Shown here one piece after another: positions 20,701-31,441 of a DNA stretch of 64,000 bases (the stretch's first letter is position 1; every line of letters starts with the position of its first letter). Both the position numbers and the translations under genes were made by a program. Under the pieces are notes generated by a model. That model worked only from the letters and a program-made list of their open reading frames with translations. It was not told the DNA's origin and searched no databases. Source of the DNA: Selaginella moellendorffii (taxonomy: Eukaryota > Plantae > Lycopodiophyta); the NCBI RefSeq assembly GCF_000143415.4, contig NW_003314261.1, forward strand, positions 2,060,117 to 2,124,116, in the 5' to 3' direction.

Positions 20701-23700
20701 TATAGAAGGTGATCTGTTAGTAGGATGTTTTAGAAAAGAGACAAATTCATAAGCTTGTGGCTGTATTGGAAGCCTATTGGATGCATAGGTATTTGTAAAT
20801 GGCTTATCAATGTAATAGCTAGATCATGTTAATTCTTCCTAAAGGACTTCTAACTAATATCAAATTGCTAAAATTCTATGCTTGAGTGCCTTTGTCTAGG
20901 CATCACACCAATGCTATGATAGCCATTTAACACTAACCAGCCCTAGAATGTTCAAAAGATGAGCTCTTGCCTTGAGATAGAGCACTACAACTAGAAATCC
21001 AAGCAAGAAATCCTTGAAAGGTAAATTATACCTCCTAAGCAACTTTTACATTTCTTCCTTGCTCGTCCTTCAAGAGGATTATTTCCTTTGTTATCTCTGA
21101 GGGAGATAACACTACAGAGAACCCAAAGCTTTTGGGTTTTTAATGGAGTGAATGTTGCTCTTGCTACATGATGGTGTGGTGCATATATTAGAGGCTAAAA
21201 GCTTTAACAAGGAAAATCCAACTTTGAGAAGGACCAAATAAATATTTTTCTCCATTTTGAGGTTATTAATTTAGCAACTTTGAATGGTGGGAAAGAATTT
21301 GAATTTTTTAATTGATTTTCTTATCAAAGCAGTGATATATATCCCTATGTGGCATGGCAGTGGAGGAGGAGCCTTGTGAGGTGGACACCCCAAACTCAAA
21401 GGTGAACAATTCATACATAATAGTTCTTTGTGATATAGTGATTTCAAGTGAGGACATGGAAGTGCCACACAATAATTTCCATTAAAAGGATGCTTTAGGC
21501 AGTGAGATGGAGGTGCCACACGATTATCTCCACTAGTTAGAGGTTCCATGCAAGTTAAGAGAGAGTACTTATGTTTTTGTGATCAATTCTAATGATCTTC
21601 ACCTTGAAATATCACCATGTGTTCTGATCTAGGTTATTAATTCAAAGTGTATACAAATCAAAAGCATATTCATAAATAGTATTCTAAAAGTGGAATATAT
21701 AACACCTAGATGTTAGATGTGAATAGTAAAAGATAAGGGAGTTCTTATAGGGAATCTAGCTTTAATTGAAAATATAGAAAAACTATATACTAAAAAATAA
21801 GAATTTTGAAATATTTTGCTATTATCTCTCTCTAATTTAGAGCTCAAGCGAGAGATTACACATTATTTAATCTAGGCAATGAGTGCAGACACAAAGTCTA
21901 TTTGTCCTCAATTTACCTCCAATAACACAAAAATGGATTTCAAAATCTTATTGGATCACTCAACTTAATTATTGGTATATTGGTGGCAACAATTGCTAGA
22001 GAAGTGTTATTAGAGTTTAAGCCCCTATAAAAATTGCTTGATGACATACCCTTAACTAGATATCAAGGTCACGAGAATACCAAATTGACATATGATGTGA
22101 TCATATAAGAACTCTACTATAGAATGTTAATTTGTTATCTTGAGAGCAATAGCCTCCACCCATTTAGTATTGCCAATAATAAATAATAGTGCATATATAA
22201 AGATGTTGGAATAAAATTCAAGTGTAAAATAGACCTAAAGAAGTAATGAGATAAAAAAGAGGTTTGGGAGTGTTATTTAGAGGATTGAACTGTTAGCAAG
22301 TCATGCATCTAACAACATATAATAGCATATGCTAGACTAATAGAAACTACTAGAAAGAATGGTCTATGCTGTTGTTAATCCCACAAAATAACTACCACAA
22401 GTATAATTGTTCCTAAAAATTATATGCTTTGATCTCTAAAGCCTATTGTTATGTCACTAGCAGTTGTCAAGAGTTTATTGTTGTCAAGTTACTGCACCAC
22501 ATCTAGTAAAGATGTAGAGTGTTGTTACAACAAAGTACTAGTTGGGATTAACTATCACAAAGCAAAGGTGACGTAAAATTCTTAGAGGAGCATAATGCAA
22601 GAATAGATCCTTATATTCAACAAAACATTATTTAAAAGAAAAGCTAGCATATAAAAATAAATATAAAAAATATAGGCACACAAAGTAGAAAGTAGTAGAA
22701 GCACTCTAAGGTGTAAACTATAGGTATGGCCTTATGCTCTGTCTTAACAAAATTACATACTGATGTTTTAAACAAATAAGAGGTGAAGTGCAATGCAAGC
22801 ATCATCATGATTCGGCTAATAGAGGCAAATACTAAAGGCCAACCAATAAAAAAAGAAGATAAAAAAAAAACTAACATACATAAAGAGAATAATGTCCCCA
22901 CTGGAACATCTTAACTTCCCACCACCTTAACCATGACTCAATTGTTGTAAACAACTTACATCCATATGGCCATCTTTATGTCACCACATTTGAATCTCAT
23001 TTACTTTGCCTCATGCTTTTCTTCAAAAAGTGCAACCTACTATACAACTCTTTAAATGTTAACTTTGATAAATATGTGTTAACTCCACCTAAACCTTGTG
23101 GTGGGGTGGTTTGCCAGAGTATGATAGCTCTCATCATACCAAATTTCATAAACGAGGACATTACAACATATTGCTTAGGTATCAATTTTGATCTCCATTG
23201 ACAATACATGTCCTATTTAAGCTCTATTGCCCAACTAGTAGCATTGTAATTGATTATACAAAAGGTAGTGGTTTGATGGTTATGGTAGCATATGATTCTA
23301 GAAAATTAGTGTTTGCAATTGAAGAATATAACTTCTTCAAATGCTGTCTTAAAGATTTTTATCCTTTTTTATCAGTTGCTTCAAAGAGGTAGTTTATGGT
23401 CTTTCAAAAACTTATATATAATATATATTTAATTTTTCTTTTATATCACAAATCCCTAATAAAATGAGCTTTAGAATATATGCAATATGAGTTTTCCCCT
23501 TAATTGAGGAGTCCTATAAAAATTTCAGAAAAGTTTCCAGACCCATGCAACTATTTGTTTTGTCCAAATAAAAGTAACATATGGGACACTGAAGATAATA
23601 TATGCTTATTCTTTCAAGAGTTTTTGCTATATTTGGAGCGAGATCTTGAAGAAATAATTGACAGCGCTCTTAAAATACAAGAAGCAATCCAACTCTAATA

Positions 23701-23800
23701 GCAATATTTGAAATATTAGCTGGAAGAGGGATATCATATTCAATGATACTCAAGGCTTCAAAAGGAAAAAGCTCATAACATTTATTATGTGGAGGGAAGG
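17800..23800. other. Gene-poor, mostly AT-rich interval, probably heavily decayed TE-derived sequence
   Basis: Only short stop-riddled ORFs with no motif I can recognise. CG dinucleotides are visibly depleted, and the interval adjoins LTR remnants. Confidence 0.45.
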
Positions 23801-23898
23801 TAGAATGTTGATAAAAGTTAGAGATAGAGGTAAAGATTTATATAAGCTGAATATCCAAGTATCCATTGGTAAAGATTTATATAAGCAAAATATCCAAA

Positions 23899-24435
23899 TG
23901 TATAATAGGGATAGTGGGTAGGTTGGGCATGGCCAACCAATCTAAGGCATAGTTTAACTCCTAGTTGCGTGTTTGTCCTTGTTCTGCGTTCGGCTTGGGT
24001 CTAAGCCCAAGTTCCATTCCATGCTAGCTGGTGGAGTACCTATATCCTTGCGTTAGGCCACCAGTATGTTGAAATAGCACAAGACTTTGTTTGGCTCTGT
24101 TTTGCATGTTAATTCTAGCATTGAGATGCTAAATACTTTAGGATGTTCCAAGTTGCTTTGTGCTCTTATCCCTTCACTCCTTGGGTTATATGCTTAGGAG
24201 TCCTTCCGTGCTCCAATGCCATTGCTCCTTGGTTCCATATTTGGGAGTTTGGCACTGTTCCTTCATTTAGTAGCCTAAAGCTCTAAAACTCAAGTTCCAC
24301 ACCACTGTACTTTAGACATGTGGCATGTGACACATGGCATCTGTCACATGGCACATGGAGGGTTTAGGTTCTGCTTCCATGGTTATCCTATGGTAAATCA
24401 CCATAGAATAAAGGGTAAAAACCACATGCGCTACA
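23899..24435 (-). mobile_element. LTR-like repeat, family 2, left copy
   Basis: The reverse complement reads TGTAGCGCATGTGG...CCCTATTATACA, then TTTGGA. It is homologous to 24878-25401. Confidence 0.75.
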
Positions 24436-24522
24436 CAATCATATAATCATTCTTGAAAATATAAGATTCTATACTTATAATTAACTAAACTTTCAAAGAA
24501 ACTATGATTCTCATGGCTCTCA

Positions 24523-24674
24523 GGGAATATAGAAAATATACATATCAATTAGCCCAAAAACCCTAGTTTATATACAAGAGCGAGTGGTCTAGATTGAAAC
24601 TAACCTAATGGCTACCAAATCCCACTATGCTAATATTAATATACGACATCATAGCTGTACATTTGGACCTCACA
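24523..24674 (-). mobile_element. 3'-truncated solo LTR of the 6057-10317 gypsy family
   Basis: The reverse complement TGTGAGGTCCAAATGTACAGCTATGATG...TAATATTAGCATAGTGGGATTTGGTAGCC...GGGTTTTTGGGCTAATTGATATG matches the LTR. Confidence 0.88.
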
Positions 24675-24877
24675 ACCTTAAATTATAGGGTGGTCTAAAT
24701 ATCTTATATTCAACACTCACTAATGTAGTGTTTATCACTAGAATATTGTTCTTCTTATAAAATTATAGTAACTGTATGTTTTTAACTCTTTTTTGATTTT
24801 CTTATATATCTATATATGCATACCTTCCAAATTAGCTCTTAAGCATTTGTGACAATAATTAAGACAACTTACCAAAT

Positions 24878-25401
24878 TGTAGCGCATGTGGTTTTTACCC
24901 TTTATTTTATGGTGATTTACCATAGAATAACCACAAAGTGAAATCTCAACCCTCCATGTGCCGCGTGCCACATGCCACGTGTCCAAGGACAACAGAGTGG
25001 AACCCGAGTTTCAGGGCCTTGGGCCACTGAACAAAGGTACAGAGCTAAACTCCCAAACATGGAGCCAAGGAGCAAAGGAACTAAAGCACAGAGCAACTTC
25101 TGGGTGTACAACCCAAGGAGGAAGGGATAGGAGCATAGAGCAATTTGGAATAGTCCTAGAGTATCTAGCATCCTAATGCCAGGATTAACATGCAAAGCAA
25201 AACTAAATGGAGTTTGGCGCTATTTCAGCATACCGATTGTCTAACGCGAGGATATAAATATTCCACCAGCTAGCATGGTGTGGAACTTGGGCTTAGACCC
25301 AAGCCAGACACAGAACAAAGATAGGTATGCAAGTAGGAGGTAGACTATGCTTCAGGTTAGTCAGCCATACTCAACCTACCCACTATCCCTACTATAATAC
25401 A
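24878..25401 (+). mobile_element. LTR-like repeat, family 2, right copy (~525 bp, TGTA...TACA)
   Basis: TG...CA termini, an internal TATA-like GATATAAATA, then TTTGG (PBS-like start). Inverted homolog of 23899-24435. Confidence 0.75.
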
Positions 25402-27801
25402 TTTGGAACCCCCCTTGAGGAACACACACTTTGGGCTTTCACTCCAAGCCTCACTTAGTACCAGGAGGTAGTCTCTAGGACAAGCTTGAAACTTATTAAA
25501 TATGGAATGTCTTTAGATTGTAAATTTGGACACGGGATGAACACCATTGTGTTCAAGACAATCTCTACATTCCATAGATATGCCAAATGAGCAAATCTAA
25601 ACACTTTCTATAAATAGTATTTGGGACCAAAATGAGACTAACATAAAAGGCATGATAGCGAGGGTGTTTGACAAACATGGTAAGCTATCATCTTGCAAAT
25701 ATTGAGGGACCAAGCTCAATATCACAACGGTTCCTAATACTAGCAAGTGCAAGTTAATAAATGAGTTTCTTTAACTAAGTCAAGTATGCTTGACTAATAG
25801 CACTTAGGAATTCTATCTTTATGCTCATCTGGTCAAGTGCACACGCAAAGACCAGTTTCTCAACTAACTTAGGCTTGACTAACAAGTATTTTTCGTGACA
25901 CAAACCCATACAACCATCTCTCTTGTTTAAATAAAGGCAATATATGAGACATTAAAGATAATATATATCTACATCAAACATTTTTGCCATATATAGAGTA
26001 AAATCTTGAAAAAATTTCATATCACTTTTAGAGCATTAGAGGTACTCCAACTCTTCTACCAACATTATAAAGAAGGAATTCTTGTTTAGTTGCATTTGAG
26101 GTTGCAAATAGAGGAGCCTTGTAACAATTGTTATATGGAAGGAAAAACCGTAAAATGAAAAGGATTATTATATTGAAGTGAAAGTGAATTATTGGTTGAA
26201 TTTGGGGATGGAGGTGGAGACTTACATGAAAGCTTTCTGGGACTTGAAATAAACTTCTTTTGAACCATTCTAACACTCAAGAAGAATTAACAATAAAAAT
26301 TATTTGATAACTATAATGTTGGTATTGATTAATATACTATATTTTAATCTTGGGAATGAGGTTTTATTATAATATAGACTAAACCTTAATTATAAGTCTT
26401 GATAGCAAGGTTACATATTAATTACAATCTATTGTTAAAGATAAGTGGCTTTAGGGTTCTAAAAGCTAAAGACTAGCACATAATAAATATGTAGCTTTAT
26501 TTTAGCTTGCCATTATTTTAGTTTGCTAACTTTTTGTTTTAGATTATGAAAGTAAAAGAAACATTTTATTAATAGTGATAATGGTCTCTATATTCCCAGA
26601 CAAATAATAAGAACCAAAAGTGTAATATAGAGATTGTGGTAATGAAACAAAATTAATATTCTCACATTTCTGTATGCTAAAATTAATTATAGATTTTTTG
26701 TATTCTTTGCTTTCTATCTCTATAAAAACCACATTGAATGAATGAAAAAAAAAGTATTCTGAACTATCTATACATTTCTATCCTAATGGTCAATTTTTGA
26801 ATTAAATATTTAAATATTGAAAAATCAAAATATTAAAATCTTAAAATATACAATAGAAATTTTCAGTGGCATAGCAAATTTCAATATTCCCATATTTATT
26901 TGGGTAAAAAAAAAGATCTTTATAACCAAAATATTATGTATGTATAATACTTTTATTTTATAAAATACTTATTAATTATTTTATTGTATAGCTTACATTA
27001 GAAAAACAAAATTCTACAAACAAATAGATTCAAAATATAAATTTCTCCAAACAATTAATAATTAGATTCATGAATTTCATGTTTGCCAAGGAATAATATT
27101 TTTTTGATATGAAATTTATTTGTCAAATTTATAGTTGACTACATTGACTAACATTGATTTTAGCTGAGTTGAGCTGATCTCAATTTTGGATCATTCCCCT
27201 TGGAGTTCCATAAAAAAAATTTTTAATATTACACAAAAAATCTAATGGGTAAAAACCACTTATGTAAAATAAAAATATTTAATAAATTAAATTGGGCCAA
27301 AGGATATTTAAAGAACTTATAAAAATACTTATAGACTTACACTAGAAAATAAATCTAAAGTATTGACATCTAAAAAACTATAAATAATTACAATGTAAAT
27401 TGATGTAGTAGCTACTTTCAATTATGACCCATTCAAAGATGCCAAAGAACTCTTAAGAATAGTAATGAAAATTAAATTAGTATAGAATACAATAAACAAT
27501 CACATAGAAATACTTGCCTTTATAATTATATTTATAATAACAATGTTTTTAACCTATAACAAAGCTATGTAAAATAAAAACACTTAGATCTACAGTATTT
27601 AATTGATACTATAGTTTTAAAAAATTTAAAATTGCTCTATAAGGTATATAAAATATATAGACTGTGAGACATAAATCCCTAATCCCCAAAGTAGAGCCAA
27701 AAGGGTGTGATATGGTAGTGACCAAAGTGGAAACTAAACAAGCATAACACATTTAGATTAAAAACTCTGATTTAAAAAGTCGAGAGCAAGAGTGGAACTT
27801 T

Positions 27802-27947
27802 TCATGAAATACTTGAGGAACAAGTACAAAATGATCAATAAGTGAGTCTCTAGAAATGGGATATAAGCACTCTTACTCTCCTCATGAAATACTTGAGGAA
27901 CAAGTACAAAACGATCAATAAGTGAGTCTCTAGAAATGGGACATAAG
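27802..27947. repeat. Tandem duplication, 80-bp period (~66-bp near-identical core)
   Basis: TCATGAAATACTTGAGGAACAAGTACAAAA(T/C)GATCAATAAGTGAGTCTCTAGAAATGGGA occurs twice. Confidence 0.9.
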
Positions 27948-28684
27948 AGGATTAACACATGATATGTAGAAGTGTCAAAATTGTGCCCAAGATGGAGTCT
28001 GAGATGAAAATTTCATTAATAATTTAGGGTTTAATACATGGAGTCTGAGATGGAAAATTTAATAACTTACATGGACAATTTAATCATTGATTATTTTTTA
28101 GATACACTACTCATTTCTTTCTCTCAAAATATAAGCTTTATATCATAAATACTCAAAACTATCCATTACCATGCATAACTAATAACTTGCATTAAGGTAC
28201 TATCAACAACTATTCCCCATCAAAGGGTATAAACATCAACAAGTAAATTTTCGGCAATTACTTTAGAAGATAGTTTACTGCTATTCAAAAGTCTATATAG
28301 CTATCAATGCTTGCATTAGAGACTTGAAATAGTTTCACCACAAAAAATGGTTCTCATCTTTAATCTTTATCTAATATGTATAACATGAAGTAAAAATATA
28401 ATATATATGCATTGTGTGTTCCTTGAATATAGATGGTAGCAAATTCTAGAATTGTATGCAATTAAAATTGTAACTTTTCCAAAACAGATATATAATAGAA
28501 AACATATTATCACTTAGATTTACTATCTTTCTCACCCTTTTAGTATTCAATTTAAATTTATTAATTTATATTAATATACATAAAATTGTGTTGATTTTTT
28601 TTAAAATAAAAAATTACAAGTATTTAATAATAAGCTAACAAGTTATTATCTGATACTTTTGTTTAATTTATTGATTAAGTTTTA

Positions 28685-29188
28685 CTATTTATTTATTTGG
28701 CATATTTCTGTTGTAAATGAAAGAATATCACCTTCAAGCCATGCATTAACATTAAATTTTCTAGATGTGACATAGCTATCAGGATTATTTGGTAAAGGTG
28801 GTATAATTTCAACCCATTCTGGATACCATCCAGGTTTATGACCAGAATTATCATGTGATAAAGTCATTTCACAAATTACATCAGGTTCCTCCAAACATTC
28901 TGCTTCTAAATCTGAAAATGTTGAAAGTGTACATCTTTCAAAATCATCTCTATTTTTGTTATCAAGATTCTTAAATTCAAGAATTTTTCTAAAGTATGTA
29001 ATAAATGTTACTTTTATATTTGCATCAGTTCCAGCATCGTCTACACATGCTGTTTTAATATTTATACCATATAAACACTGCATAAAAAAAATTTAGAAAA
29101 CTAGAAAAGCATTAATTGCATTTTAAATTACCCCAATTATGCTTGGTATAAAAGAAATTAACAGGAATATAGTGATGAATGAGACCAT
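28685..29188 (-). CDS. Secreted single PLAT/LH2-domain protein, 2 exons (29188-29132, 29077-28685)
   Basis: Signal peptide MVSFITIFLLISFIPSIIG, a 54-nt GT-AG intron, then CLYGINIKTA...AGTDANI...FERCTL..F...HDNSGHKPGWY.EWV...F.V..WL. A TATA-like ACTATAAAA lies ~35 nt upstream. Confidence 0.85.
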
Positions 29189-29339
29189 CTTCTTATTCTC
29201 AACTTGAACTTGATCAGCTTTTATAGTAAACCTAAATGAAACTCTAGATTGACATATGGCAGTATCTTTGTGCTTCTAAGCTCCTTGCTTGGCAGCATTG
29301 TTTCGCGCCAAACGTGAGTTGGACAGCAGACAATGATCT

Positions 29340-29382
29340 GGAATCCGCCAGAATTCGTGTGGAATCCGCCAGAATTCGTGTG
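29340..29382. repeat. 21-bp tandem duplication
   Basis: GGAATCCGCCAGAATTCGTGT occurs twice. Confidence 0.85.
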
Positions 29383-29577
29383 CCACTGCCAGCCTTGTGA
29401 CGTTCACCGGCTAATCTTGCTATGGTAGGTGAAGTGAAAAGCCAAGCAACGCTTGTAGTTCTCGAGCTCGCTCGCTCACCCGCTTCAATCAAATCGTGTC
29501 CCCGGACCGAGGACGACTAGTTCTTTTTTGTTTCTCAAGAAAAGTTGTGAAGTTGGATCAAGCAAAACTTGCAGCGA

Positions 29578-30996
29578 TCAATCTACCTGGGATGAATTTA
29601 GCTTGGCCTTCTTCTTTGCCTCGAGAGCTGCAATCACACTCTCCAGCGCCGGCGTCTCGTGGCTCCTGTTTTGGATCAGCAGCTCGGCGATCTCTGCCGG
29701 AGTCACTTGCACCTCCCCGATGAGCTCCTCGATCCTCGGAAACAGGCGATGGTCCTCCACGTCCAAGTGCGTCCTCGCGAGAACTTTGAAAGCCGGGAAG
29801 GCGCAGTAAGACAGGCAGATGTGCATGTCCATCCTCCCGGATCGAATGAGCGCCGGATCGAGCTGGTCGATGTGGTTCGTTGTAAAGATTAAGATCCTCT
29901 CGCTTCCGGTGGAAGACCACAAGCCATCGGTGAAGTTGAGAAGCCCAGACAGCGTAACTTTGCTCTTCTTCTCGTCTTCTTCATCATCATCGTCGTCATC
30001 ATCATCGCTCTCGCCACCATCTTTCTTCTTTTTCTTCTCGCCCTCCTCCCCGGGACGCTTCTTGAGATCCAGCGAGCAGTCGATGTCCTCGATCACCACG
30101 ATCGCCTTGTTGCTGATGGCGGTGAGGTACTTCCTCAGATTCGAGTTGTTCTTCACGTCAGTGAGCTCCAGATCGTAGATGTCATACCCGGTGAAGTGAG
30201 CTATGGCGGCGATGAGCGACGACTTCCCAGTTCCTGGCGGCCCATGGAGAAGATACCCTCGCTTCCACGCCCTTCCAATCTTCCGGAAGTAGGCCTCGCC
30301 GCCCATAAAGCCGCGGAGATCGTCCATGATCTGCTGCTTGAGCTCAGGGTCCATAGCCATGCTCTCGAAAGTTGCAGGATGATCGAATGGAACCGACATC
30401 CACGGCCGCTTCCGGTACTCCCAGCCGCTAAAGTTCGTGAAGAGCTTCCTCTTGCGGTTCCTGTGCTGGACCTCCTCGGCGTTCTTGACGACGTGCTCCA
30501 GATAGCTCGGGAGGATCGACTGCGCGAGCTTCGTGTCCACCTCCAGCGTGTAAGATCGCCGCGTGCCCCAGCGCCGCGACTCGCTGTTCTCGATCACGCG
30601 TCGCGTCCACCAGAAGGAGACGCCGCGAAATCTCTCCCGGACGCTCTCGCCACTCGCGAGCGCGAAGCTGGGCTTGGCGGAGTTCTTGACGCGGACGAGA
30701 TCGAGGCGGCGGGTGGAGGCTGTCCGGGCGGAGGCGGAGGTCAGCTCCGCGACGTGGAGGTGGACGAGATCATACATCTCGTTAAGCGAGGAGCCGGCCC
30801 ACTCGTGGACGTCAATGCGGGTCTTGCTCGTCCAGAAGAGGAAGTAGAGGCGCGGGAGAAAGGAGATGGCGGCCTCGCGGAGGAAATCGCGTACCTCGCG
30901 TGGAAGGATGCCGCGGAGAAAGGCGACGAGGCCGATGAGCGAGCCGATGTAAGCGACGATGCTATCCCCGGATCCCCATACTCCTCCGCCCATCAT
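29578..30996 (-). CDS. BCS1/OM66/ASD-like plant AAA-ATPase, intronless
   Basis: AAA_assoc-like N-domain; W..VPFDHPATFESMAMD; AWKRGYLLHGPPGTGKSS; IVVIEDIDCS; VTLSGLLNFTDGLWS; LDPALIRSGRMDMHI. Confidence 0.95.
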   Translation of the reverse strand: MMGGGVWGSGDSIVAYIGSLIGLVAFLRGILPREVRDFLREAAISFLPRLYFLFWTSKTRIDVHEWAGSSLNEMYDLVHLHVAELTSASARTASTRRLDLVRVKNSAKPSFALASGESVRERFRGVSFWWTRRVIENSESRRWGTRRSYTLEVDTKLAQSILPSYLEHVVKNAEEVQHRNRKRKLFTNFSGWEYRKRPWMSVPFDHPATFESMAMDPELKQQIMDDLRGFMGGEAYFRKIGRAWKRGYLLHGPPGTGKSSLIAAIAHFTGYDIYDLELTDVKNNSNLRKYLTAISNKAIVVIEDIDCSLDLKKRPGEEGEKKKKKDGGESDDDDDDDDEEDEKKSKVTLSGLLNFTDGLWSSTGSERILIFTTNHIDQLDPALIRSGRMDMHICLSYCAFPAFKVLARTHLDVEDHRLFPRIEELIGEVQVTPAEIAELLIQNRSHETPALESVIAALEAKKKAKLNSSQVD

Positions 30997-31341
30997 CGCT
31001 AGTGATCGATCACTCCAGGTGGGAATCCATGGATCGCTTGCTCTCGCGGCGGCGATCGATCACTCACCCATGGGGCTTTTCATATATATTCCCGGTTTGT
31101 TACTTACGGGCCAAGTAAACGGATTTTCGTTGGCCGTCAACGTCAAAGCCTTTGACGGTCAAACGTGTGTCACGCGCAAGTTCCGTGCAATTCGTGGATG
31201 GTTCTAGCAAAATACTTACAACTTGGTTATTGATCTTTCGACTCACCATGAAGCACATATACTGAGAAAAAAAAAATGTGCTAGCAATGCCAAGAACAAG
31301 GAATTAAGTGCGAGCAAGACAACACTTTCCGCGGGAAGAAC

Positions 31342-31441
31342 NNNNNNNNNNNNNNNNNNNNNNNNNNNNNNNNNNNNNNNNNNNNNNNNNNNNNNNNNNN
31401 NNNNNNNNNNNNNNNNNNNNNNNNNNNNNNNNNNNNNNNNN
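31342..31441. other. Assembly gap (100 N)
   Basis: Run of N. The true size is unknown, and it hides the 3' end of the BAG6-like gene. Confidence 0.99.

Noticed and set aside
27663-27752. TGTGAG...ACA stretch as another solo LTR
   Set aside because: No internal similarity to either LTR family.
30196-31002. 268-aa antisense ORF over the AAA-ATPase (and similar antisense ORFs over HEL2, bHLH and GC6)
   Set aside because: An expected by-product of high GC3 codon usage.
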